DNA of 64,000 bases from Clostridia bacterium (GTDB taxonomy: Bacteria > Bacillota > Clostridia > TANB77 > CAG-508), in the NCBI GenBank assembly GCA_017937285.1, contig JAGBDU010000021.1, positions 15,987 through 79,986 on the forward strand, written 5' to 3'. The translations under genes and the position numbers were made by a program. A model generated the notes under the pieces. That model ran no database searches and had not been told where the DNA came from. It saw nothing but the letters and a program-made list of their open reading frames with translations. Positions 49,709-58,350 of the stretch are shown in pieces. The number at the start of each line of letters is the position of its first letter. The stretch's first letter is position 1.

Positions 49709-49748
49709 AAAAATAAGCAGACTCTATATGGAGCCTGCTTTACCTTTA

Positions 49749-49892
49749 TTATTTTTTCTTATGTGTATGTTTTGGTTGCCTTTGAGATAAAGCAGAGCCA
49801 GCTACAGATTTTGTAGTTTTTGAAGTTCTACCATCTTTCAAAAGTTTTGAAGATTTTGAAGCAACACTTGAACTTGTTTTCTTACAAGCCAT
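49749..49892 (-). CDS. possible 47-aa Ser/Lys-rich basic peptide
   Basis: MACKKTSSSVASKSSKLLKDGRTSKTTKSVAGSALSQRQPKHTHKKK. The GAAAGGCGGTG RBS-like sequence lies 6 nt upstream. Not in the ORF table (<60 aa). Confidence 0.3.
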   Translation of the reverse strand: MACKKTSSSVASKSSKLLKDGRTSKTTKSVAGSALSQRQPKHTHKKK

Positions 49893-49987
49893 AATTATCA
49901 CCGCCTTTCTAGGATAAAATCCTTCCTCCTTTGATTTTTATTAGAAAGTTGATGACAATAAAATAATAGCAAAAATTAAAGTAAAAG

Positions 49988-50022
49988 TCAATATTTTTGA
50001 GAAAAATTCTCAAAAATATTGA
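49988..50022. promoter_or_regulatory. perfect 16-bp inverted repeat overlapping the -35 of the ATPase/RloB operon promoter
   Basis: tcaatatttttgagaa-aaa-ttctcaaaaatattga. The promoter is TTGATA (50019-50024), 17-nt spacer, TATAAT. Confidence 0.5.
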
Positions 50023-50072
50023 TATTTTAAAAATTTTAGCATATAATATATAGAGAAAAGGAGGATTTAAAA

Positions 50073-51305
50073 ATGTTAATAAGATTTAGTTTTAAAAATT
50101 TCAAATCTTTTAAAAATGAAAATTGTTTAGATATGGAAGCAACATCATTAAAAGAACACGAATATAATGTAGCTAAAACAGAAAATGGTGAATATTTAAA
50201 AGTATCTGCTATTTATGGTGCCAATGCTAGCGGAAAGACTAATGTGTTACAGGCTTTTGATTATATGAAAAAAAGAATATTAGTAAGCGATGACTCTAAA
50301 AAGAATTCTCCAATAGATGAAGAAAATATTTATAGTTTTATGATAAATAATGATCCAATTGCTTTAGAAGTAGAAATATTAGCTAAAAACAATAAAATAT
50401 ACAAATATGGTTTTGAAGTTTTAAAAGATAAAATAATTTCAGAATGGTTATTTGAGAAAAGAGTTAATAAATTTTATTCTATTTTTGAAAGAGAAAATAA
50501 TAATGTATCAATGAAACCTAACAAAATTTCAGAGTTAGTAAATATGGACGAAAGAACATTATTCTTAAATATATATAGTAAAATAGATAGAAATAATGAA
50601 GATTTTAGTAATGTATATGATTGGTTTGTAAACAGCACATATTTAGATTTAGGTAATCCTAATTTTGAAAGGTTCATTAATAATAGAGTTTCACTAAAAA
50701 TCTTGAGTGATGAAAATTATAAAAAAGAACTATTAAAATTTATAAAGACATTTGATTCTGGAATTGAAGGAATAAAAACTACACCAGATTCGATAGAAGC
50801 TGTTAAAAGCAACAATGGCATTATAGATATTGAAGTTATTCATAGAGGAGAAAACGGAGAGTTAAAAGCATTACCATTTTATTTAGAGTCTAATGGAACT
50901 AGAAAAATGTTTCACTTATTTGATTTCTTTATGGATGCATTAAAAAATGGTATGGTATTATTTGTTGATGAATTAGACGCAAAACTACATCCATTATTAA
51001 CAAGATATATTATTAATTTATTCCATAATAGTGATACAAATAAAGGCAATGGACAGTTAATATATTCAACACATGACACAGTAAACCTAAATAAAGAAAC
51101 ATTTAGAAGAGACGAAATATGGTTTGCAGAAAAAGATAAAGATGGTATTTCAGAAATATATGCATTATCTGATTATATACTAGAAGATGATAAAAATGCA
51201 GGTAAAAAAGTAAGAAACGATGCAACATACAATAAAGATTATTTAACTGGAAGATATGGTGCTATTCCAGTATTGGAAGAATTTGATATAGATTATGAAA
51301 AATAA
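50073..51305 (+). CDS. AAA_21/ABC-type ATPase (AbiLi / RloA-like)
   Basis: FKNFKSFKNE N-terminus, Walker A AIYGANASGKTN, Walker B LFVDELDAKLHP, STHDT, C-terminal GRYGAIP. Confidence 0.8.
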   Translation: MLIRFSFKNFKSFKNENCLDMEATSLKEHEYNVAKTENGEYLKVSAIYGANASGKTNVLQAFDYMKKRILVSDDSKKNSPIDEENIYSFMINNDPIALEVEILAKNNKIYKYGFEVLKDKIISEWLFEKRVNKFYSIFERENNNVSMKPNKISELVNMDERTLFLNIYSKIDRNNEDFSNVYDWFVNSTYLDLGNPNFERFINNRVSLKILSDENYKKELLKFIKTFDSGIEGIKTTPDSIEAVKSNNGIIDIEVIHRGENGELKALPFYLESNGTRKMFHLFDFFMDALKNGMVLFVDELDAKLHPLLTRYIINLFHNSDTNKGNGQLIYSTHDTVNLNKETFRRDEIWFAEKDKDGISEIYALSDYILEDDKNAGKKVRNDATYNKDYLTGRYGAIPVLEEFDIDYEK

Positions 51306-51936
51306 TAATATTTCTAGAAAAGATAGATTAAAGAGTAAAAGGCAAGCACCAGCCAATTACTTAATAGTATGTGAAGGAAAGAAGACAGAACCTAACTATT
51401 TTTATGGGCTAAAAAGAAAAATTAATGATAAGTACGGCAATAAAGTAGATGTTTTAATTCCGAATATTGATGTAAAAGGGACAGGAATGAATACAACATC
51501 TTTAGTAAAATATACTCAAAAAACAGTTAATCATGCTAATAAAGTATATGGACAAGTCTGGGTAGTATTTGACAAAGATGAGTATAATGATGAACAATTT
51601 AATTCAGCGATAGATAATTGCAATTATAATGTAGCTTGGTCTAATCCTAATTTTGAACTTTGGCTATTAGCACATTTTAAGAAAGTAAACAGGTATGTTT
51701 CAAAAGATGATGTATTACAAGAACTTAGCAAAGAATTTCAGAAAAAAGGTTTAGGTGATTATACTAAAAACGATACAAATATATTTGATAAAGTTACTGG
51801 CGAAGGAAAGCTACATACTGCGATAAAAAATTGCGAATATATGGAAGAATTAAATAAAGATGGACAAGCTTCACAAAGAAATCCAATGACTAAAGTATAT
51901 AAAATCGTTGATGGATTAAAAGAGTATTTAGAATAA
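51295..51936 (+). CDS. RloB-like protein (AbiLii-like, Toprim-related)
   Basis: YLIVCEGKKTEPNYF and VWVVFDKDE motifs. It overlaps the ATPase gene by 11 nt. Confidence 0.8.
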   Translation: MKNNNISRKDRLKSKRQAPANYLIVCEGKKTEPNYFYGLKRKINDKYGNKVDVLIPNIDVKGTGMNTTSLVKYTQKTVNHANKVYGQVWVVFDKDEYNDEQFNSAIDNCNYNVAWSNPNFELWLLAHFKKVNRYVSKDDVLQELSKEFQKKGLGDYTKNDTNIFDKVTGEGKLHTAIKNCEYMEELNKDGQASQRNPMTKVYKIVDGLKEYLE

Positions 51937-52083
51937 GTTTACACAAGAAAAGCAAAGTATGAGAGTAATTAATAATTACAGGATTATTTTGCTTTTTTGA
52001 TAATAAAAGACAAGTTTCGACAAAATATTTAATTAAAAATATGTATAATGATTGTATGATTTTTAAGAGAAAGGAGTATATGT

Positions 52084-54375
52084 ATGAATAAATTAAATGA
52101 CATTATTAGTATTGATTTACATATTCATTCAATTTTTAGTGATTACAAAGAAAGTGATGGATATGTCCAAAATTCAAGTATTGAGAATATTGATGTACTA
52201 TTGCAAAAACTGAATGAAAATAACGTTAATATGTTTGCTATTACAGACCATAATAGGTTTAGTTATGAATTGTATTTGGCTATAAAAAATAGAATATCTC
52301 AAAATTTGTTTAAAAATGTATATAAGAATTTACCTGGAGTTGAATTTGATGTTCAAATAGAAGAGGGTAAACCATGTTGCCATATAATAGCAATATTTGA
52401 TGATAAAGAGGAAAGTAAGTTAAAGGATATTGAAGATACTATTAATAATAATTTAATAGAAAAACAAGATGGGTTTTATACCCGTGGAGATTTTGAAAGA
52501 ATACTTAGAGAGATTGGATTGAATGTTATTTTGATAGCTCATCAACATAAACATTTTGATAACGAAGAAGGTGGCCCTAAAAGTTTATCAAATTCAGTAA
52601 GTGATATTTATGATTTTATAAGAACAGGATATATAAATGCATTAGAATATCAAAAACCAAGTGTACAAGGAATGCTAATTAATAGCTTAAAAAAGGCAAA
52701 TGAAAATGTTGCAACTATAATAGGTAGTGATTGTCATCAATGGGAATACTATCCTTGTAAAGATTCAAATGCTCCTAATAGAAATTATGTTACAAAAATT
52801 AAAGCTTTACCTAATTTTGATGGACTAATATTTGCTTTTACTAATATGGAAAATAGATTTAATAGAGTACAAAATAAAAATACAAATATAATTAGATCTA
52901 TAAAATTTGATTCCAACGAAATTTTATTAAGCAATGGAATTAATGCCATTATTGGAGATAATGGTTCAGGAAAAACATTTTTATTAGAATTTCTTAATAA
53001 TGAGGATAAATTAAAAAAACATTATAAAAGTTTGGCAGAAAAAAATAATGTAACCAAAAGGGTTAGTGGACAACCTAATATTTATTATGTTGAACAAAAT
53101 CAAATAATTGATCAAGTAAAAAAAGGAGAATTATTCAATAATTCAGAATATTATAATCCAATAGCTACTAAAACATCGTTTAAGGAAAGCATTCAAAAAT
53201 ATGCTAAAGATATGATTGATTATATAAACTATAATATAGAAACAGAAAAAATTAAAAATAAGTTAAATGAAGGAAAAATAAGTCTTATATTAGAAAAAGA
53301 TAATCTTTATATTCCAACAGTAAAGATTGATATACAAACATCTCCAAATAAATACAAAAGTAGAAGTGAATCATTGGAGAATATAATAAACTCTTTTAAA
53401 GCAGAAATTAGTTTTAATCAAGAGTTTTATAAAGAGTATGAAGATAAAATCATCATTATAAATGAACAATTAGATGCAATTCAAAAATCAATATTAAATA
53501 AATCAAAAAATATAGAAGTCGATAATCAGATTAGAAACTTAATTATTTCCGCTTTAAGAAACTTTAATGCTGAAATGGATAAAAATAGAACTGATAAAGA
53601 AAAAGAGAATGTAAAATATAAGCAAGAAAAAAATGATTTTTGCAATTTAATAATAGATTATATTATTAGACTTGCAAACAAACCAGATATGCCAAAGTTT
53701 CCTGATAAAATGGTTGGTGTTTCAAAAAAATTATATCAAGGATTTACATTTGTAAAAAAAGCTAAATTTGATGGATTATTTTTGGAAGATGAATTTTATG
53801 AAGAACTTTTTAATAAATCATATTCAAAAGAACGTATATTAGAAATTACATCAAATCAAGAACTTGAAGAAGCACTTCAAGGAATAAAAGATATAAGAAA
53901 GATTGAAACATGGTACAATAAAGTTGATAAATTTATAGAAGAATATTTAAGTGAAGAAACATTTATTGAAAAAGATGGACTAAAAAACACAGTTGGTGAA
54001 ACACCAGGAGAAATTTCTGCTATACATTATGATTTTTTATTTAATGATTTGAGTAAAGATTATGATATTATCATTATAGATCAGCCAGAAGATGATATAA
54101 GTAGTACTAAAATTACTCAAGAGCTTCTTAAATACATAAAGCAAGTTCGAGATTATAAACAAATTATTATAGCAACACATAATCCATTGCTCGTTGTTAA
54201 CTTAGATGTTGATAATGTAATTTGTTTGAATAAAAACTATAAAAATGAAATTACTGTTAAAGATGGATGCTTAGAATATAATTGTCAAGAATATAAAATA
54301 ATTGATGAAGTGGCAGATATAATGGATGGAGGCAAAGAAGCAGTCGAAAGGAGATTTAGATTATATGGAAATTAA
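52084..54375 (+). CDS. PHP-domain phosphoesterase fused to an ABC/SMC-like ATPase (PplA-like)
   Basis: PHP motifs are IDLHIHSIFSD and ITDHN. Walker A is IIGDNGSGKTF. A coiled-coil-like insert of about 360 aa follows. Walker B is IIIDQPEDDIS and the D-loop/H-loop is ATHNPLLVV. Confidence 0.75.
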   Translation: MNKLNDIISIDLHIHSIFSDYKESDGYVQNSSIENIDVLLQKLNENNVNMFAITDHNRFSYELYLAIKNRISQNLFKNVYKNLPGVEFDVQIEEGKPCCHIIAIFDDKEESKLKDIEDTINNNLIEKQDGFYTRGDFERILREIGLNVILIAHQHKHFDNEEGGPKSLSNSVSDIYDFIRTGYINALEYQKPSVQGMLINSLKKANENVATIIGSDCHQWEYYPCKDSNAPNRNYVTKIKALPNFDGLIFAFTNMENRFNRVQNKNTNIIRSIKFDSNEILLSNGINAIIGDNGSGKTFLLEFLNNEDKLKKHYKSLAEKNNVTKRVSGQPNIYYVEQNQIIDQVKKGELFNNSEYYNPIATKTSFKESIQKYAKDMIDYINYNIETEKIKNKLNEGKISLILEKDNLYIPTVKIDIQTSPNKYKSRSESLENIINSFKAEISFNQEFYKEYEDKIIIINEQLDAIQKSILNKSKNIEVDNQIRNLIISALRNFNAEMDKNRTDKEKENVKYKQEKNDFCNLIIDYIIRLANKPDMPKFPDKMVGVSKKLYQGFTFVKKAKFDGLFLEDEFYEELFNKSYSKERILEITSNQELEEALQGIKDIRKIETWYNKVDKFIEEYLSEETFIEKDGLKNTVGETPGEISAIHYDFLFNDLSKDYDIIIIDQPEDDISSTKITQELLKYIKQVRDYKQIIIATHNPLLVVNLDVDNVICLNKNYKNEITVKDGCLEYNCQEYKIIDEVADIMDGGKEAVERRFRLYGN

Positions 54376-54637
54376 AATTAAAATAGAATATGAACCAACT
54401 AATAAAATATATTTGAGTTCAAACGAAAATAGAAGTCTTATATTATCAGATGAAAATAAAGAGATTTCTGCAAAGAATATACTTGAATTTCTTGATTATA
54501 AAAAAGAAAATACATATAAATTGGAAGAATTGAGTGAAGATATATCTAATCTAGATGAAAATAATAAAAATTATATAGAGCAAATATATTTTATGTTACA
54601 ATCAATAGTTGAAGGTATCAATAATATACAACAATAA
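54365..54637 (+). CDS. small acidic protein translationally coupled to the PHP-ATPase gene
   Basis: ATG at 54365 overlaps the upstream stop (ATGGAAATTAA). 90 aa, no motif. Confidence 0.45.
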   Translation: MEIKIKIEYEPTNKIYLSSNENRSLILSDENKEISAKNILEFLDYKKENTYKLEELSEDISNLDENNKNYIEQIYFMLQSIVEGINNIQQ

Positions 54638-54641
54638 AAAG

Positions 54642-54666
54642 GAAGTCCGAGAAATCGGACTTCTTT
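54642..54666. terminator. bidirectional terminator
   Basis: gaagtccga-gaaa-tcggacttc followed by TTT, between convergent genes. Confidence 0.6.
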
Positions 54667-54668
54667 AA

Positions 54669-54962
54669 TTATTTATAAGAACTACCACCAATTAGCTGCA
54701 CTCCATCGCAAAACCCATTCCTATAATACTTCTCATTCCAATAAAAAATATAATCCATAAAATTTTCATCAAGCAGATTAAGTTGCTTTTGCACATACTT
54801 TTTATTCTGCTCAGGAACATTTTTCAAAATCCTCTCAGAAATCTCATCAAAATAAACAAAATGCTTTCTATCCTCATCACAAGTCAAAGAACACAAATCT
54901 TCCTCTCTAAATTCTAACCAATCTTTCAAAATATCATCATTAACTTCTCTTAAATTATTCAT
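54669..54962 (-). CDS. hypothetical protein (97 aa)
   Basis: ORF behind AGGAGGA. No recognisable motif. Confidence 0.5.
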   Translation of the reverse strand: MNNLREVNDDILKDWLEFREEDLCSLTCDEDRKHFVYFDEISERILKNVPEQNKKYVQKQLNLLDENFMDYIFYWNEKYYRNGFCDGVQLIGGSSYK

Positions 54963-55190
54963 AATCTAAATCCTCCTAAAAATTAAAATTTTTCATTTTC
55001 AAAAAGTATCGACAAGAGCCAAAAATCCAAGAACAAACGTACCATACTCATTGGGTAAAAATTGGGTAAAATCTTCTCCAAAAATGCCCTAAAAATGCAC
55101 AAATGTCCTATAAATCAAAACTCTTGTAAATACTGAAATACCAACAAAAACTCTAATTTTCACAAAACCACAAAAACCGGTCAAACCTCG

Positions 55191-55235
55191 CTCATAACCC
55201 GAAGGTCGTAGGTTCGAGTCCTACTCCCGCAACCA
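55191..55235 (+). repeat. att-type direct repeat 2 (tRNA-fMet 3' half, 3 mismatches to repeats 1 and 3)
   Basis: CTCATAACCCGAAGGTCGTAGGTTCGAGTCCTACTCCCGCAACCA, followed by its own terminator hairpin (agcatttgct...agcaggtgctttttt). Confidence 0.8.
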
Positions 55236-55431
55236 CAATAAAATGAAGCATTTGCTAGATTTTAGCAGGTGCTTTTTTCTTGCATTTTTGGGCAAAATTG
55301 TCACACTTTGGTCACAATTAGGGCGAGTCTTGGCGTGGCTAGACAAGTTTTAACAGGAAATGTATTTCAATAATTCACAGGAAGTGGTATAATTGTGGAG
55401 AACAAATTCCAGAACAATAGAGGTGATTCAT

Positions 55432-55887
55432 ATGGTTGAAGTATATAATCTTTTAAACAAATTAGAGTTTCTAGAAGAAGTTGCCATTTTGGAATATGAA
55501 GAATGGGCGGATAATAAAGAAAAGGATAAGGAAAATAGAATTGTTAAAAAAATAGAGAAAATAAAAAGTAACTTAAAAAATGATGACTTTTGCAAATTAA
55601 TATTGTTAAGTAATGATAGATTAATTGGATTTATTTCAATATTTCCAAATGATTGTGATGAGTGCATAAATTTAACGCCTTGGTATGCAACAATGTATGT
55701 AAAAAAGGAATATAGAGGAAATGGATATTCAAAAATATTGAATAATGCAATTCTAGAAGAAAGCAGGCGAAGAAATTATAAAGAAATATTCTTAAAAACC
55801 GACTTAAATAATTATTATGAAAAATTTGGTGCTAAATTTATAAAAAATTTAAACAATGGTGAAAAGTTATATAAATTTGAATTATAA
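55432..55887 (+). CDS. GNAT-family N-acetyltransferase
   Basis: The YRGNGYSKILNNAI acetyl-CoA binding motif follows a beta-strand VKKE. ATG at 55432 sits behind AGAGGTG. Confidence 0.8.
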   Translation: MVEVYNLLNKLEFLEEVAILEYEEWADNKEKDKENRIVKKIEKIKSNLKNDDFCKLILLSNDRLIGFISIFPNDCDECINLTPWYATMYVKKEYRGNGYSKILNNAILEESRRRNYKEIFLKTDLNNYYEKFGAKFIKNLNNGEKLYKFEL

Positions 55888-55901
55888 AGGGATTTGATAA
55901 T

Positions 55902-56483
55902 ATGAGAAATATTGAAAAATATTATGATAATACAGAATCGGAAAAGCCTAGAAACAATGTGCAATATTTGATTGAAGAAGTAAAATGTAATCCAGGTAAA
56001 GCAATTGAACTAGGTTGTGGTGCTGGAAATGATACAGTATATTTAATAAAAAATGGCTGGAATGTACTTGCAATTGATAGAGAAAGTGTTGAAGAAAGAA
56101 TTTCTAAAAGATTAAATAATGAAGAGTTAGAAAAATTTAGATTCCAAAATCAAAATTTTGAAAGCCTTGAATTAGAAAAAAGTAATTTAATTGTAGCTAA
56201 TTATTGTCTCCCATTCTGCAATAAAAATAATTTTAAAGAATTATGGAATAAGATAAATGATAGCATTTTAAAAGATGGATATTTCGTCGGTAATTTCTTC
56301 GGAAATAACGATGAATGGAAAAGTACAAAAGAAGAAATGACTTTTCTAACAAAAGAGCAGGTAATAGAATTATTTAAAGATTTTGAGATTATAGAGTTTA
56401 AAGAAGTTGAAAAAGATGGAGCTACTGGTTTAGGCAAAATGAAGCGTTGGCATATATTCAATGTAATAGCAAAGAAAAAATAG
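55902..56483 (+). CDS. TehB-like SAM-dependent methyltransferase (paralogue of 28379-28960)
   Basis: ELGCGAGNDTVYLIKNGWNVLAID. It is colinear with the 28379 protein along its full length. Confidence 0.75.
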   Translation: MRNIEKYYDNTESEKPRNNVQYLIEEVKCNPGKAIELGCGAGNDTVYLIKNGWNVLAIDRESVEERISKRLNNEELEKFRFQNQNFESLELEKSNLIVANYCLPFCNKNNFKELWNKINDSILKDGYFVGNFFGNNDEWKSTKEEMTFLTKEQVIELFKDFEIIEFKEVEKDGATGLGKMKRWHIFNVIAKKK

Positions 56484-56496
56484 AAGGGAGAATAAG

Positions 56497-57486
56497 ATGA
56501 GTTTAAAAGAGAGTAATGAAATAACGGTAAAAATTAAATGTGAATTAAATGAGTTCTATAAGATAATAAAAGAAAAAGGATTTAAAATAATAGACAAATT
56601 TTCAATGGATGATACATATTTCATACCTGAAGAAGTGAATTTAGATAAGATAAATACAAGAGACATTTTATCTAAAGCAGTATTAGTAAGAGATATTATA
56701 GGGAAGATGTCAAATAGAAGAACAAAACTAATAACATTTAAAATTAAAAACTTTGATGAGTCCGGCAACATATTAAATCAAGAAGCTGTTAATTGTGATA
56801 TTCTAGAAATAGAGGATGCTAAGAAATTATTAAAAGTAATAGGGTACAAAGAAATTATGAATATAAAAGAAGATGATGTAGTATACGAAAAAGATGGATT
56901 TAAATTAGCAATTAAAGATATAAAAAATGGAGATAATTTAATAGAAATAGAAACTGAAGAAAACAAGGAATTAGATACTATAGAAAAATTAATTAAAAAA
57001 ATTAATGAAATTGAGATACCAATTTATACAGATAATTATTTCGTGAAAAAAGCAGAAGTAGAATTAGATAAGAGATTAAATAAAAGAACTAATAAAGAAA
57101 GGGAAAAATCTTGTGGATGCATTATAACAAAGGATAATAAAGTACTATTAATCAAGCAAACAAAAGGGCATTGGGGATTTCCAAAAGGACATGTTGAAAA
57201 AAATGAAACAGAGATTGAAACTGCAATTAGAGAGGTAAAAGAAGAAACAAATTTAGATGTAGAAATTGATGCTAATAAAAGATATACAATGGAATATGTA
57301 ACAGATAAAGGAAAACTAAAACAAGTAGTATTATTTATTGCCAAATGTATAGGTGGAGAGATAAAAGCACAGGAATGTGAAGTGAATGATATAAAATGGT
57401 TAGATTTCGATGAGGCAATTGAAACAATTACATATGATAATACTAGAGAATTATTTAAGGAAATACTTAAGGAGAGAAAAATATGA
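56497..57486 (+). CDS. CYTH-like domain fused to a NUDIX hydrolase
   Basis: The N-terminal half has CYTH-type strands (EITVKIKCEL ... GDNLIEIETEE). The C-terminal Nudix box is GFPKGHVEKNETEIETAIREVKEETNL. Confidence 0.7.
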   Translation: MSLKESNEITVKIKCELNEFYKIIKEKGFKIIDKFSMDDTYFIPEEVNLDKINTRDILSKAVLVRDIIGKMSNRRTKLITFKIKNFDESGNILNQEAVNCDILEIEDAKKLLKVIGYKEIMNIKEDDVVYEKDGFKLAIKDIKNGDNLIEIETEENKELDTIEKLIKKINEIEIPIYTDNYFVKKAEVELDKRLNKRTNKEREKSCGCIITKDNKVLLIKQTKGHWGFPKGHVEKNETEIETAIREVKEETNLDVEIDANKRYTMEYVTDKGKLKQVVLFIAKCIGGEIKAQECEVNDIKWLDFDEAIETITYDNTRELFKEILKERKI

Positions 57487-57869
57487 AAGTATTAACTATA
57501 AAGCAACCTTGGGCAACGTTAATAATGCAAGGTGATAAAAGATTTGAATTTAGAAGTTGGCAAACTAAATATAGAGGAGATTTACTAATCCATGCAGGAA
57601 AAGGAATAGATAAAGAAGCAATAAAAAGATTATCAAAATATATTCCAGAAGATTTGCCAGCAGGAAAAATATTAGGAAAAGTAACATTAGTAGATTGTGT
57701 GAAAATGTCACCAGAATTTAAAGCGATGTTATTAAAAGAAAATAAAGATATATACACAGATAGTTCTTTTAAAGAAAATTATGGTTGGCAGCTAGAAAAT
57801 GTAGAAGTATTTGGTGAGCCAATAGAAGCAAAAGGTAAATTGAGTTTGTGGGAATATGATATGAAATAA
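57483..57869 (+). CDS. ASCH-domain protein
   Basis: MKVLTIKQPWATLIMQGDKRFEFRSW is the ASCH N-terminal signature. There is an ATGA overlap with the upstream gene. Confidence 0.8.
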   Translation: MKVLTIKQPWATLIMQGDKRFEFRSWQTKYRGDLLIHAGKGIDKEAIKRLSKYIPEDLPAGKILGKVTLVDCVKMSPEFKAMLLKENKDIYTDSSFKENYGWQLENVEVFGEPIEAKGKLSLWEYDMK

Positions 57870-57912
57870 TTTTATAAATAGATGTTTATTAAGAAGCGGA
57901 AGAGTCAGAAAA

Positions 57913-58077
57913 AGAAATGAAGTATTTGCAGACTATATTAATTATTGCAAAGATTCAGGATATATTCATAAAGGTAGAAATAAATTTTATGAAGAAGTTG
58001 AATCAACAGGATTAGTACAAAAAGGTGTATATAATGGATATGATACATATATTTTCGATAAGACACTAATAAAATAG
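57913..58077 (+). pseudogene. C-terminal remnant of a phage/satellite primase-helicase-like gene
   Basis: The frame encodes RNEVFADYINYCKDSGYIHKGRNKFYEEVESTGLVQKGVYNGYDTYIFDKTLIK. This resembles the C-terminal tail of D5/P4-type primases. No upstream part is present. Confidence 0.35.
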
Positions 58078-58245
58078 AAAAATCCACTAAAGTAGAACAT
58101 AAATATATAGACGGTTTCAGGAAATTCTAGTGGACTTTTTAAAATAAAAAATATATAACTATATAGTTTTTATTATATATATTTTAGAGATTATAAAAAA
58201 TAGCAAAGAAAATATAAAAAGATAAAAAAACATCACTAAGAAAAG

Positions 58246-58336
58246 ATTACACATGTTTTGAAAATACGTGTAATTTTTTTATTTTTTTACACATATTTAT
58301 TGCATATGTGTAAATTTTATATTATAATACACATAT
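58246..58336. promoter_or_regulatory. operator array (TTACACATAT half-sites) overlapping the Fic promoter
   Basis: IR1 is ATTACAC (58246-52) / GTGTAAT (58268-74). IR2 is TTACACATAT (58287-96) / ATATGTGTAA (58304-13). A half-site TACACATAT lies at 58328-36. The promoter is TTGCAT (58300-05), 17-nt spacer, TATAAT (58323-28). Confidence 0.55.
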
Positions 58337-58350
58337 GGAGGTAGAAAAAA

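Larger units (their letters stand above)
29203..55190. mobile_element. integrated element 1 (integrase-bearing defence island) between repeats 1 and 2
   Basis: Bounded by the 45-bp tRNA-derived direct repeats. A tyrosine integrase lies at the left end. Cargo is defence-type genes. Confidence 0.65.
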
